DNA of 63,815 bases, counting the filler, from Craspedostauros australis (Eukaryota), in the NCBI GenBank assembly GCA_030167865.1. It is 10 parts of 10 records of this genome, joined end to end, with 100 filler letters (N's around TTAATTAATTAA, not from the genome) between each part and the next. Parts side by side here need not be neighbours in the genome. Positions count along the whole stretch, not along the records: positions 39,047 to 54,173 come from JALAGF010004374.1; positions 54,274 to 62,456 come from JALAGF010004375.1; 8 more parts are not named here. The stretch is one strand, 5' to 3'. The position numbers and the translations under genes were made by a program. Below, in pieces: positions 45,597 to 57,968 of this stretch; the stretch's first letter is position 1, and every line of letters begins with the position of its first letter. The notes under the pieces are model-generated. The model was not told where the DNA came from. It saw only the letters and a list, made by a program, of their open reading frames with translations, and made no database searches.

Positions 45597-48290
45597 TCAT
45601 TCGTTTCTGGCGGCGCAATCTTTCTTCACCACCTCCAGATCCATTCCTGCTGGCACATCTGTCGCGTTGCGTATCTTGAGATCGTTCCAAATGGCGTAGT
45701 CGGTGGCGTACGCTTGCTCCACCATGCGTCGTAATTCCGGTGTGTAGAATTCCTCCTGCTTTTGTTTGGAATTCGTCGAATGGCGATACACGTCGCGCGA
45801 TGTCTGATGATGCTGGTTGAAACCGTGCGATATGCCATCGTTCGTCGCTTCGGAGGATGGAGGCATCATGGCGCATGCGGAGCGCTCAGAGGTGACCTTC
45901 GTCTTGCCGTACGCAAACGTCTTGCCGTAATCTTCCCACATTCCCACCCGTTCCAGCAGCATCTTCGTTTGCACGGCGGCATGATCGATGTTGCCGACAA
46001 AGTCGAAGTTGGGAAGCAGGACGTCCATGCCGCAGGTCATGTACTGCGGTTTCCAATGCGGATCCACGCCCCACGGCACGGGTGCTGTGGCGTTCGTCTT
46101 TGGATCTCGCGTCAGGATGCGCACGAACTCGTCGAAGGATACCTGGCGTTCCTCCGCGAGACCCAGCATGTACTTGGCATTCTTCGAGTTCCCGCGCACC
46201 TTGTTCAGGTAGGCCGACAGCAGCCGTTCCGCAGGGTCTCGGAAGAACACAGCACGCGTCCACGATGGATCGTACCATATGTTGCGCGCGACGTCCATGT
46301 CCAAATGTCGGAATTGGAACACTTCGCGGTCGACCTTGAAGTGCGGGAGACTCAGGTAATCCCTGGCCCCGAAGGAGTACCGGATGAATTTGACCCATTC
46401 GGTGATGGCGACCTTCGGGATGCCACAAAAGATCAGCTTGTGCTCCGGAACGAAGTACATGTGATGCGAGCTCGCTTGGTGCACCGGACACGTCAATCCC
46501 AACGGGGCTGATCGTTCCGATGCTGTCGCAAGTGCGGCGTCATTGCCATCGTTTGCGTCGTCGTTTGCACTGTCGTCCCTTGCCATGAACATCGCCAACC
46601 GATCTTGCATGGGCTCGCAATCGAAGTGCCGCGATGCGCCTTCTTGATCGCGCTCCTTGCCGCACATTTTGATTTGCTTGTTGGCCTGGAACGTGTGCAT
46701 CTCATGTGAGTTCGCAGCCGGCGCGTTGGGATAGAACCGATCGCGCAGCTCCCAGCTCTTCCACGGCCAGGAGTGATTGGCTTCGCTGGCCTGCGGCGTG
46801 AAGCACGTCGCGGTGCACGTGCAGGGTCCGCTGAAGGGCCGACGCCGCGTTTCATCCGTCTGACCCACGTGGTACGCGCCCTTCTGGATGATCCTGCGCA
46901 CGTGTTCCGAGACTGGCATGCAGACATGGCCAGCTTTATCGTAGATCATGTTGGGGATGTGTCCCACAGGCGCGAAGCCGTCCTCGTAGTGATGGACGAA
47001 GGTGCTCTGCTGAGTTCGTTGCGCATCTTCAGTAGCGGTGGCGAGAGCGTACACGGAATTGAGGATGCCGCTGAAGGACCAATCGGAAAGCAATGACTGC
47101 TGCCGATCGTTTTTGCCATTGGCAATGCTTGGCATTTTGCCATTCTGATGCCTGCAACCGGCAAGGTCCGGGCAGGTCTCTTCGTGGCACACCGTCCACT
47201 TGAGTGCGTTCGGATTCAAGGTTCTTTGGGTATTGCCGACCGGGTCGAAGTACGAAAAGGCCGCAACATGCTTTTTCTGAATGTCCAAATCGCTCTGCTT
47301 CTTCATCTTCTGTGAGGCGTTGAGGTTTGCATCGGCCGTGATGAAGGTCCAGTTGAACGTGACTTGCAACGGATGTTCTGTCATGTAGGTCTGTATGTCA
47401 CTGGGACGCGACGCCACGGTCGGAGAGGCTGGACAGGTGGGGATATCTGCATCATCCTCCGCCGTTTGCTGGGCCTTTGCCTTCGCTTTGTTGCAAAACT
47501 GGAAGGTCACAGACTGCTCCGGCAGCGGCTGCAGCAGCGACTCCGCATGGATTTGCGCCGTGAAGAGGTTTTGCGCCATTTCCTCCTCCAACGCCTTCGT
47601 CAGCCACACGGTGAACTTGATGGAGTTGACTTCGGGTGCTGTTGCTGACGGTGTGGGCGACGATGACGACGATGATGATGCTGGGTAGTTTGGAGACGGC
47701 TCTTCTATTTGATTCATATTATTGGAGTCAACCTCGTCAGTTTCGGCGTCATTGTCAGCGTCGTCAATGTCAGCGACGGCAATGTCAGCGACGGCAATGT
47801 CAGCGACGCCATTTTCATCACCGCCACCATCCTCATCGATCTCATCATCTCCATCTTCATCCGAATCGCCCATACCGCTTTTCGCTCCTTTGGTGACCTT
47901 CACGACGGCACCAGGCCCACCGACTTTGATGATCTTCATGGACGACGCCGGCACCACAAGTTGCTGAACCGGTGGCGATGTCGCCTCGGGCTTGGGTTGT
48001 TCATGCGTGGCATGCCTCAGAATGGCCTGCTTCGCCGACTTTGTCATGCGCGCTTCCGATGATGGTTGCACTGCATCCATCCTGGCAACGCGCGTTCGGG
48101 CATCGATGTTGGCTTGCGACGCCGTGAAGTGGGACGTCTGCTCCAGGTTGTTGAAGATGCTGAATCCCACGAGGATGGCGACGCTCAGGATGGGTGCCGA
48201 CGATGCGAACGAACGCTTCGATTGCTGCTGCTGCTGCGCGCCGCCGGCAGTCTGCTGGTTCAGCTGTCGTCTTGGGGGTCGCAGTCGCAT
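45597..48290 (-). CDS. Golgi-type carbohydrate sulfotransferase (Sulfotransfer_2) with long stem
   Basis: N-terminal TM anchor. 5'-PSB FCGIPKVAITEW, 3'-PB FFRDPAERLLSAY, DPHWKPQ, DFVG and YATDY. Confidence 0.9.
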   Translation of the reverse strand: MRLRPPRRQLNQQTAGGAQQQQQSKRSFASSAPILSVAILVGFSIFNNLEQTSHFTASQANIDARTRVARMDAVQPSSEARMTKSAKQAILRHATHEQPKPEATSPPVQQLVVPASSMKIIKVGGPGAVVKVTKGAKSGMGDSDEDGDDEIDEDGGGDENGVADIAVADIAVADIDDADNDAETDEVDSNNMNQIEEPSPNYPASSSSSSSPTPSATAPEVNSIKFTVWLTKALEEEMAQNLFTAQIHAESLLQPLPEQSVTFQFCNKAKAKAQQTAEDDADIPTCPASPTVASRPSDIQTYMTEHPLQVTFNWTFITADANLNASQKMKKQSDLDIQKKHVAAFSYFDPVGNTQRTLNPNALKWTVCHEETCPDLAGCRHQNGKMPSIANGKNDRQQSLLSDWSFSGILNSVYALATATEDAQRTQQSTFVHHYEDGFAPVGHIPNMIYDKAGHVCMPVSEHVRRIIQKGAYHVGQTDETRRRPFSGPCTCTATCFTPQASEANHSWPWKSWELRDRFYPNAPAANSHEMHTFQANKQIKMCGKERDQEGASRHFDCEPMQDRLAMFMARDDSANDDANDGNDAALATASERSAPLGLTCPVHQASSHHMYFVPEHKLIFCGIPKVAITEWVKFIRYSFGARDYLSLPHFKVDREVFQFRHLDMDVARNIWYDPSWTRAVFFRDPAERLLSAYLNKVRGNSKNAKYMLGLAEERQVSFDEFVRILTRDPKTNATAPVPWGVDPHWKPQYMTCGMDVLLPNFDFVGNIDHAAVQTKMLLERVGMWEDYGKTFAYGKTKVTSERSACAMMPPSSEATNDGISHGFNQHHQTSRDVYRHSTNSKQKQEEFYTPELRRMVEQAYATDYAIWNDLKIRNATDVPAGMDLEVVKKDCAARNE

Positions 48291-49019
48291 CTTGAGTCAA
48301 TGTTGCGGATACGTGTGGTGCGGAAGTGAGGCGCTGTTTCAAATGTTCAGCGTGCACGATGGTTGACGCTTGCTGGATTGTTGGTGGCGGTGTTGTTTCA
48401 AGACGACGAGGAAGGTCACGACCGCAGTATTGGGAAGTATTGGTATGGTGCTGCTATGATTTATGATATGATCTACGATCCCACTTCAGCCAGAATGCTG
48501 TCGACGGTACGCCTGTTTGCTTTGCACGTGTTGTTTGCTGTTTGCTCATTTTCTCACATGTTTTCCGTGAAAGTGTTGTTGTGGTCTTTTGTCGACTATT
48601 TGGCGATACTGGTTGCTGACCCATTCGAATGAAACGCCTTCGTTTGTTTGCGTGTAGATTGAGACAACAAATGTAGAGATGAACTCTGACGCAAAGATGC
48701 GACGAGGAGCCTCGAATTCTCAGAACCGGACAAATCAACCACAACACCAAAATTGCTGACATCACGAAGGGATCTTCTTTGGCACCGCACACAGAGAAGA
48801 TGCGAATGCAGACGAGCCAACAAGCACGCGTACAAACGAGAGCAGCACGAGGAGAGGGAGAGACACAACGATCCATCACATCACAGTGTATCACAACGCA
48901 TCGAATTGTGCCACATCACATCAATCTTCTTATCTGCTTGAAGCCGCCAACGTTGCTGTGATCTCCACACGGACATCGACACGTCGAAGCGCTCCCCGGC
49001 GACAACAAAGAGTGTAGCC

Positions 49020-50189
49020 ATGTCGCAAGCAAATGAACATGCCGACGCGGCGATCATCATTCCGGATGAGGAACGATCGTTGGATGCGTCGGTGAGTGGG
49101 CATCGACGCCGATGATGGCACAGCATCGTGGAAGAAAATACAAACACTGTTCAGCCACAACATGATTGCAAATCCATTATTATACAGTAAGAACCACGAA
49201 CTCACACCATCGCAATTGCATTGGATCGCTCTCCACTCTCATCGTTTCATTGCATTGCACTGAATTGTACTGCATTCCATTTGACTGTCTATTCATTAAT
49301 CCATTCATCGTGGTGGCCACAACAACCATCGACGAATGCATCGACATCGCGATGCCCGCAACCAAATCCACGACTGGACATCGTCGCGCCATGACACACG
49401 TTTGCATCACAGAATCGTCTGTTCCCAAAAGAGTACGATGGACATCTGAAATCATTAATGATCCCGCGAGAGGAGATCCTTTCCAGAATCCAAACCCTCG
49501 CAAAGACGTTGAGCAAGGACTATGAAGGCAAGCGCCCCGTCATGCTTTGCGTTCTGAAGGGAGCTTGTCCGGTGAGTCAAGAGTCATGTGATAATGTGTT
49601 GCGTTGATTCATGTTGGTTTGATTTGCCTCCCAAAGTTGGTTTGATTGCTCACCATCTCTCTTGCCCATCCATGCCATACCATGCTATACCGCACCTTAC
49701 CATGCCATTTGTTCCATTGCGGTTGATGCCTCGGCACATCACAATTCACGTCAGTTCTATCAACACCTGCTTGATGCCCTCCAAGACTGCAGACAGGGGT
49801 ACACGATGGAGTTCCTCCGCGTATCGTCCTACCACGGCACCGAATCCACCGGCAAGGTAAAAATCAGCGGCGGTCTGAAGGTCGAAGACTTGAAGGGCAA
49901 GGACGTCATCATCGTGGAAGACATCATCGACACGGGCACCACCCTGTCCCAGCTCATTCCCATCCTGCAAGAACAGGGTAATCCCAAAACCGTGGAAGTG
50001 TGCACTCTGCTGTCCAAGCGAATCGGCAAACCGGCGGCATACACTGCGAAGTACGTGGGATTCTCGATCCCTTGCCATTTCATCATCGGATACGGTCTTG
50101 ACTACAACGAGATATATCGCGACTTGAGAGATATTTGGGTCATCTCACAGAAAGGTATCGACTTTGACCAAAGTGAGTGGGCGGAGTAG
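49020..50189 (+). CDS. HPRT: Hypoxanthine-guanine phosphoribosyltransferase; exons 49020-49091, 49413-49571, 49755-50189
   Basis: LCVLKGA, RVSSY, VIIVEDIIDTGTT (PRPP loop) and FIIGYGLDYNE. Phase-0 GTGAGT..CAG introns. Confidence 0.93.
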
Positions 50190-50537
50190 AGTGAAACAGA
50201 CTGTAGAAGAGATGGGACATAATTATTGCTTCTCTTGGCGTACTCTACGCACACTCCCTTTCGTCATCGATTTCGTCTTGGGTTGATTGCTCTTGAAGGA
50301 GATGGATGATAAACGTCTGACCAATTCATTCCACACCATCGCAGCAACAGTCCATCCAATGGCCTTCTTTCAATGCGCATGTACGAGTACAGTACGACGA
50401 GTACTTGTGTATTTGTTTGTTCCTTTTAAGTGCATTGTTTTGTTTTCGAATGTTTCTGTGTGATACGTACGTCTGCATGGATTGTGTATGTGTATTGCGA
50501 TCATTGTCAGCTTTAACGTGCAACATGTTTCCTCTCA

Positions 50538-52871
50538 TCAAACGTGAGACTCCTCCGAGGCGTCGGCATCAACTTCGGCAATGGCGCAATCGCCATCTTC
50601 GTGCATGATGTCTTCTTGTTTGAATGCAACTGCGCCAATGTCCAAATCCATATCCATGCTCTCCTGTCCATGAGCGTTGTCCGTGTTGGAGAACTGAGCA
50701 TTGTTGTTCATTTCCTCCTTGACTTTTGCTCGTTCTTGCACTTCCCCATGTCCATCTCCATGCCCATGTCCGTTGTTCTGATTGCGCGATTGCTCCTGCT
50801 TCAGCACCATGTCACTTTCCAATTCAAACGGTGGGATCAAAAGCTTCTCGTCTCCCATCAAGCCATCATCCAGACCTCTCTGAGCATCAAAACTCTGGGG
50901 GAACCCATTATGGAGTGATGGCGCGGCGCCGACGGTGCCATCAGCATCATCTTGCATCCGAATCATTCTTTGCGAACGCTGCTGCCTTGCCTGTAGGTCA
51001 TGAGACAACCAAAGACGTTCAAAATCGAAGAGAGTCTCATCATCGTCATCGCCGTCGTCGCTGCCGCCATCGTCATTGTACAAGTAGAGAGAGGATGGTG
51101 CACCCACCCATCTCTGTTCGTGGTGGCGCTGTTGCAGGCCATTGGCGGCATGCAGATGCGACAAGGATTCTTGTTGCACCTCATCTTGCTCATGCACGGT
51201 GGTTTGTGTGTCGCTGCCAGGCGATCGTGAAGGACGAGCAAGATTCAGGTCACGCAGTGGAATTGGCTCGTACATTTCAGCTGTGCCAACACCGCCTTGT
51301 TCATCAGCGTGCACATCAGCAGCCCCAACCATGAAATGACAATACGCATCCATTCGAAGTGGCTGTGGCATAGCTGAATCCATGCCGTTGTCAAGCTCAG
51401 TTGCAGTCTCAGCCACCATGCCCCGTGACGATGTTGCATGTTTGATTGGTGGCATCAGCGTCCAAGCTGCGTTGGCGGCCTGTTTCTGTTGTGATTGTGG
51501 CTTGTGATGTTGGTCGCGATTTTGTGAACGCGCTGAATCGGTGTTTGCGTGAGTTTGGAACGCCCTTTCTGTCGGAACAAATTCGCCGTGGGCGGCATAC
51601 CCAGAGCCGTCACTGAATGTGCCATCAGGCACTTGCTTCGCCCCCGATCGTGCCGCAGCAGCCGCAATGACTACTGATGCAACATGCTCGTCTCTTCCGT
51701 GAGGAGAGGTGCGAAAAGGATGTGCTGCAGCAACACGTGGCACAGCTGGTGGCGATGTCTCTGTGAATGATGTGGATGCCGCATGCGATGATGATGCCGA
51801 CGGCGAAGGCGAAGGCGGAGGAATCGCCAGGTTGAGGGAAGGTGGATACTGGTGCTGCTGGATGCTGTACGGATGCGTCCGTGGCGTTCTCTTCATCCTC
51901 AGACCATGCTGCACCTTCTTGAAGGCATTGAGATCCGTCTCCTCCACCCATCCGTAATTCTCATCTTCTGGATCTCCGACTGACACCTTTCGCAGGAAAC
52001 GGACGACCAGTTGGCGAGCCTCGCCGCCACCACCACCAGCAGCTCCTGCTTGCTCTGCTTGGTCGTCATCAACTTGCAACCCGCCATACACAGCATCGCT
52101 GTTATCGTCCTCATCAGCCTGATGTTGGAAGCCGAACTTGACGAGGTCAATGACATGCCAGACGAGGCTGTTCTTCGTCGCATTATCAGACGCTGCCGCA
52201 TACTCGGGCTTGTGATCCAAGATGATTGCATGCATGCGCAGGTTGCCAGGGTGCATCTGGTACGGTTTGCCTCGTCCAAAGATGACATCGTACTTCCTTG
52301 GTCTGTGATGGATTGTCGCAGCCACCGCAGTGCAGATTGTGCCATTGGCAATATGCGTTGTTTTGGTTGTTGGTGTGGTTGCGGAGGCATCGGTTTGGTT
52401 GCGTTTTTGGGAGCGATTGTCATCGAGTTGGTTGCGATTTTGTGATGCTGACATGCTGAGAGAAACGAAAGAACCAACGGGCGAAGCCGGCGCAGCCAGA
52501 GCCTGTGCCTCAGTGGTTGGGGTCTTGCACCGCCGTGGTGGCGATCGCCTTTGCGCTACTTTAGCAGCAGTGGTGGTGCTCCTCGTGGCTGACTTTCTGG
52601 CCGTGCGACTGGATCCGCCTCTTGGCTTGGCTTTTGGCAGAGCTGCTCTCTTCGCCGTCACCGTCGTTCTGGCCTTGGCCTTTGCCTTTGCCTTTGGTTG
52701 TGCCTTTGCTTTAGCCTTGGTTCTGGATGTTGGTTTGACTTTGCTTCCACGTTTGGTTTTGCTTGGGGCTGCAGGTTTGACTTTCGGTGTGATGTTGACC
52801 GAAATTGTGGCGAGACGTGAATGTGGTACGGATGTGAGCTGAAGTTGGGTGTCTGGTGCTGCCGGTATCAT
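50538..52871 (-). CDS. DUF6824-type domain protein in a low-complexity scaffold
   Basis: PRKYDVIFGRGK...HPGNLRM...Y...K...RFL...W......KKVQHGLR signature. Lys/Arg-rich N-terminus. Confidence 0.75.
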   Translation of the reverse strand: MIPAAPDTQLQLTSVPHSRLATISVNITPKVKPAAPSKTKRGSKVKPTSRTKAKAKAQPKAKAKAKARTTVTAKRAALPKAKPRGGSSRTARKSATRSTTTAAKVAQRRSPPRRCKTPTTEAQALAAPASPVGSFVSLSMSASQNRNQLDDNRSQKRNQTDASATTPTTKTTHIANGTICTAVAATIHHRPRKYDVIFGRGKPYQMHPGNLRMHAIILDHKPEYAAASDNATKNSLVWHVIDLVKFGFQHQADEDDNSDAVYGGLQVDDDQAEQAGAAGGGGGEARQLVVRFLRKVSVGDPEDENYGWVEETDLNAFKKVQHGLRMKRTPRTHPYSIQQHQYPPSLNLAIPPPSPSPSASSSHAASTSFTETSPPAVPRVAAAHPFRTSPHGRDEHVASVVIAAAAARSGAKQVPDGTFSDGSGYAAHGEFVPTERAFQTHANTDSARSQNRDQHHKPQSQQKQAANAAWTLMPPIKHATSSRGMVAETATELDNGMDSAMPQPLRMDAYCHFMVGAADVHADEQGGVGTAEMYEPIPLRDLNLARPSRSPGSDTQTTVHEQDEVQQESLSHLHAANGLQQRHHEQRWVGAPSSLYLYNDDGGSDDGDDDDETLFDFERLWLSHDLQARQQRSQRMIRMQDDADGTVGAAPSLHNGFPQSFDAQRGLDDGLMGDEKLLIPPFELESDMVLKQEQSRNQNNGHGHGDGHGEVQERAKVKEEMNNNAQFSNTDNAHGQESMDMDLDIGAVAFKQEDIMHEDGDCAIAEVDADASEESHV

Positions 52872-54273
52872 GATTTGCTGCTGCTGCTGCTGCGAAGAGT
52901 GAAGGGATTGTGCGCGCGTGTGTTTCAGATAATTTGCCTCGTGGTGTTTTTGCTGCAGGTGTGATCGATTGCCGATGAAAAAACCCGCGATTCAGAATAT
53001 GTCGAGTGTCAACCGCGTAGATCGGCCACTTTATTCCAATTTGCTTGTCTTCGTCCAATGAATTTGAAACACGGCAGATGCTGGCTGCACGATCTCGTTG
53101 CTTTGCGCACCTCGTGGGGAGTTTTGGTTGGCTGTGGAGTTAGTGGGGTGGTGATGGTGATGGCGATGGTGGTGGCGATGGTGGTCGCGACGATGATGGT
53201 GATGTACTCCTTGACAGCGAAAACCACTGAGGAAAGAACGATGATGAGGCTGATGGTTCAAGGAAGAGCCCGGAATACGTGCGAAAAGCCGTGGTGAGGG
53301 GATAGCGCTTGGCTGTTGAGGTGGAATATTTTATGGATTGCTCTCGGTAATTGGTGTGTCGTGGACGTGATGTTGAAGAGAAATGAGCCCAAGAATTACA
53401 CACGACTCCATTTGCTGTGATGTGCCGTCATTGCTCGTTGTACCTGCACCCTGTCAGTGCTCTTGCGTGTGGCAAATGCGCGGCGAGGAAGTGCTCCCTC
53501 GCCAGATCGCCTTCGGTTTTGTGGTCCACGATTCTGATGACAAATCTTCGTCCATCTTTGTTGTTGTCGCTGTGGTTTGGATTGTGGGAGGACTGACTTT
53601 TTTCCCTCCGACTTGTGTTGATTTGTTGCTGAAACATCGTTCCGGGAGTCAGGATTCATCGTGACTGCTGCCACGATTCCAATTCGTGCAGGTTTGGATC
53701 GGACGGTTCTTGTCCGGCAACTCGAATCGTGGACACGACATCATCAAATCGCGATTTGTGCCTGATTTGTGATGGCACGTTTCGATGAGATAAATCACGA
53801 TTCAATGCATCCATTTCAGGCGTGGATCTTTGTTTCGTGGTGGATTGTTGCAATCTGCGTACGGCCCCATTCAGCGAAGTCGAGTATTATTCTGCGGATT
53901 TGAGATACTGAAACGTGATATTTTTAGATATCAATTTTTCGTGTTGTCCATTAGGGTTAGATATATTTAGCTAGCTTCTACGACACAAATACATGGCTGG
54001 CTTGTCCTCACCGTGGACGAAAATGGTGGCGTCATCGACGGTCGATGCCAGACTGAGATGGTATCCAGCCGCCTCGATGGTGATGTTGCGAAAGGTTCAG
54101 TGTTACGTTCATTCCTTGTGTTGTCGATGGTTTGGCTCTGGTGTGCGTTACCTCCTTTGTGCGTGGGATGTCANNNNNNNNNNNNNNNNNNNNNNNNNNN
54201 NNNNNNNNNNNNNNNNNTTAATTAATTAANNNNNNNNNNNNNNNNNNNNNNNNNNNNNNNNNNNNNNNNNNNN

Positions 54274-57200
54274 GCCGGCATCAGCCATTCCTCCTTCTCC
54301 CACGCTCGAATGGTAGTTGGCGTCCTCTCCCGCAAGTCGATGCCGTACTCTTGGACCTCTCTCCACACTGTTTTGATCCAACAGTCCGTCGCCAGAAACG
54401 ACCATGCCTTGTAGCTCGTATTGAAGAGAGCATCGCCGATGCCGATCTCCGTTTTCATCGCTTCGATCGTCCCTCGAATAAGTTTGCCTGTAACCGTGCT
54501 CCTTTCGCCATGCTCCAGCACCATGCATACATGCTCCACGACCTGCGTCGTGTGCAACTCATGCACATTGGCCCCGAGCAACGCACTTGGCGCGTGGATC
54601 ATAGCCCTCGGGAAGCCTTTGTTGTAGCCGAGCTTGGACATCGTCGCCGCCCACACGGGCTTCATTGTCTGCCTCGCTTCAGCTTCGCTAAGTTGCGCCA
54701 CCGGCAGAACGTACTCCAGCTTCTTCAGCAGTATGCTCCGAATCGCCGCGTCTGCGTCCTGTTTCCTTACTCGCTTCGTTCTGACCTTCTCTGCCCAATT
54801 CTTGGCTTTGTCTTGTATAGCTTCGACGATAGCTGCGCCGTTTCCATCTGGTGCCAGTCGCACTCCAAGAGTCTCGAATGCTTGGTGCCGAGCACTTTTT
54901 GGCATCTTCTGTCGGTCTCTATTGCTGCCTGCCATCCAGATCTCGTACGGCGTCTCCTCCTCATTCGCGTACCGCCACGTGCCATCCTCTCGCCACTTGA
55001 AGTCGATCGGCCACCACATGCTCTTCTCTACCACCAATGCTCCTCCCGTCGCCCTCACTAGCGCTTCCCACATATCCACGCTACTCTGCATTCTCTTTAC
55101 GGCTTCTTTGATACCCTCGGTCCTCCTCGCGTTCACCACTAAGTCCGTATCGTCGACAAACGCATAACCCACCATCTTCACTTTCTCCCCGCTTATCGCC
55201 GACCTGAACTCTGCTGTGTGGTTCTCCTCCTTCATCACTTCGAGCATTGGTGACGATATCACCGCCCAAATCACCGGCCCTGCTCCATTGCCTTGGTAGA
55301 TCCCTTGCATTGGTGCTATGCCTGGCTGATTCCGCAGTGTGTCCCTGGAGTCTCCGTACGTCGTTCGTATGTGGTGTTCCAAGCTCTGTAGTGTTCGGAA
55401 CATGCTCACCACCTCCGTGACTGCTACTCCTTGTCGCTGCAGGCATATCGATGCTATCGAATGCACAATCCTGTCGTAACAACTCTTCAAGTCGTTGGAG
55501 CAAAGGACCCCTGGTACTCGAGTCTGTCGGAGCCAATCAAATGTCAATTGCTTGTTAAGCGCATGGTCGATGGCCCGGTGTCCTTTGCGGCTCCCGTACT
55601 GTTCTTCCGCGAATCCTTCTTGCGCTTCCGCTTGTTGTGCCGCCTTCCTGCCCACCGCTTTATTCGCAAAATTGAAATCTGCTTCGAACAGGACGATCGT
55701 GCGGAGTTTATCGACGCGGTAGCTGTTTGCTTTCTTCATCAACTCCACGTCGACCCCGTACTTCCACCGTTCATACGAGTATCCCGACTTCATAGCTATC
55801 GACGTCATGCTCGCTTCGAACTCTGAATTCGCTTGGTGCATTGCTGTTGCTTTGAAGTGGCCGAAGTGGAGCCCGGATGGACCGGCCGAGGTATCTTCCT
55901 TGCATTTTCGCCACCCCGATTGGTACTCATCGGTTGTCATTCCTGCCTGTATCGTTTTATGGCTCTTCGACTTCAGCCCTCCGATGAGCCTCCGAGCACC
56001 TTCCTCGATCCATGCCGGCACGTGATATCTGCCTTGTAGCGTTTGTTTGGCAGCCTCTGACACTCCCAGGTACCCATATTCCTGTGCTAGAAACCCCTGC
56101 ATGAACGGTGTCCGCTCTGTCTGTCGGAATCTTCTTCGGTTCTCCTCCATACAGCCTCTCTCAATGTCTTCTCTTCTTGTGCACTCCTTCCATTCCCCGT
56201 TACGATCTGGCGCTATCACCATCGATATACCTCCCGCTCCGTTGGCCCCTGTTGTTCTTCGTATCCTCGCATACATCTGCTTGACTTGTTCCCTTCGTCG
56301 CATCTGTAAGAGCTGACTCGACATCCTCTTCCCCATCCCTGTCTGTCTTCGTTGTCTTCGCCCTGGCTTACCGTTCCCTTGCTGCTTGTTTTCCGCTTCG
56401 GCTTTGGCGGCTTCTTCTCTTGCTCTTGCTGCTGCCACCCTTTCTATCCAGTTCGCTCTCGCGTCCGTTGCTTTGCGTCGAAACCTTTTCAACGCTTGGA
56501 ATGCCTCCTCCTGTTCTTTGGCTACCTCTTTGTGCCTCATCCGGCTAATCTCTGATACCTTCCTTGCTTCGCCTGCTCTTTTTGCTAGCCGTTGTACGAG
56601 CCTTGATGACACTTTCCTCCCAGCTGCCCGCCTCGCCACATTGTTCCAGAGCCCTATCCGTGCTTCGATGGCTTTGTACTCCCTTGAATACGGGATACCT
56701 CCCATGCGCAGCTTCCGGCATTGCTTGTCCGCCTTCCATATGCCTTCCACTCGTATTGCGTCCAACCTTTCGGCCTCTCGCTCCATCTGAGCATTCCACT
56801 CGCTTTCTGCCTTCCGTTCCAACCGTATCGCTCGATTCCTTGCATTGTGTTGTCGTAGGTGCTGCTCGTAGCTATCGTTGAATTTTTTCACAATTCGGGG
56901 GTCTTCAGTTTTCACTCTTCTTGCGACTGATCGGCGCAGAGGTGGCATACGCTGGCCCAGGACCTCTTGCATGTTGACTTCGAGCCATATGCATCTGTGA
57001 TCCGCACTGCGCTCCTGTATCCCTTCATCCCATCTTGTCATCCCGGCCCTTGCCACTGTGATTGATTCGGTTGTAAATATGGCGTCGATTGGCGTCTTTC
57101 CCCATCGTTGTGTGGCGGTTCGTGCCGCGGCGCTGTTTCTCGTCCTCATTGCGTTCACCAACCCTGCTTCGCTTGCGAATGCTTGCATTGCTCTTGTGCC

Positions 57201-57968
57201 TGTGTCTTCGTTGCAATCCATCATAAGTATCACATGCTCGCCTTCTCTTTTCCAGCTCGCTACTGCTTTGCCTAGGTCAGCCAGCATTCGCGCTCTTGGT
57301 TCTACGTCCTCACACTTTTCGTTGTAATACCGACGGTGCTGTGCGTACGTATTGAGTACTCCGCGCGTGCGAGGTCGACACGGTCGATAGGCTGTCACAA
57401 CCCGCAATCTTTGGTGATTGGCCCCGCGATAGAGCTGCCATGCCCACCTCCCGAGTTTGGTTGGGTCTACTCCATCTTTTACCATCCTCACTGCTGCTTG
57501 GTGCCTGCTAATCATTGCAGTGCCTCCCCATTGCTTCCTGTTGTTTATGTCTTCGTTGCTGTTGTTGCTCGTCGTTGTTTGCGTGGTACCCGTCGGCCAC
57601 CACTCTTTCACTCTATTTTTGAGTGTTGCTTCCTCCTCTACTCCTCTCCAATCGACGTTGACTTCTGTTATTCCGAACACGTCGAATTCTCCCTCGTTCA
57701 TCCATTGTTTGAGGCTCTCATCCACATTTCCTGGATGCCTCTTCAGTCCTCCGAAATTCTGCATTCCAATCCTCATTCGTCCCTCCTGTTTCCGTAGCAA
57801 TACGTCGCCTACGTTTGCTTCTCGTCCTCCTCTTCCGTCTTCTGCCTGGTGCGGTAAACCTGGTGTGAAGGCGGGCGCATTCGGGCTCAGGCCTGTTGGT
57901 CGTGCTGCTTCCGACTCCTGGCCCTGCCCTTCCCCTTTAACCGTCTCCGGATGCCGCCGTAGCGCCAT
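54274..57968 (-). CDS. LINE ORF2 (APE + RT), 3'-truncated by linker
   Basis: QNFGG, GITEVN, MDCNE, ADHR, DLKSCYDRI, QGIYQGNGAGP and YAFVDD motifs. Confidence 0.93.
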
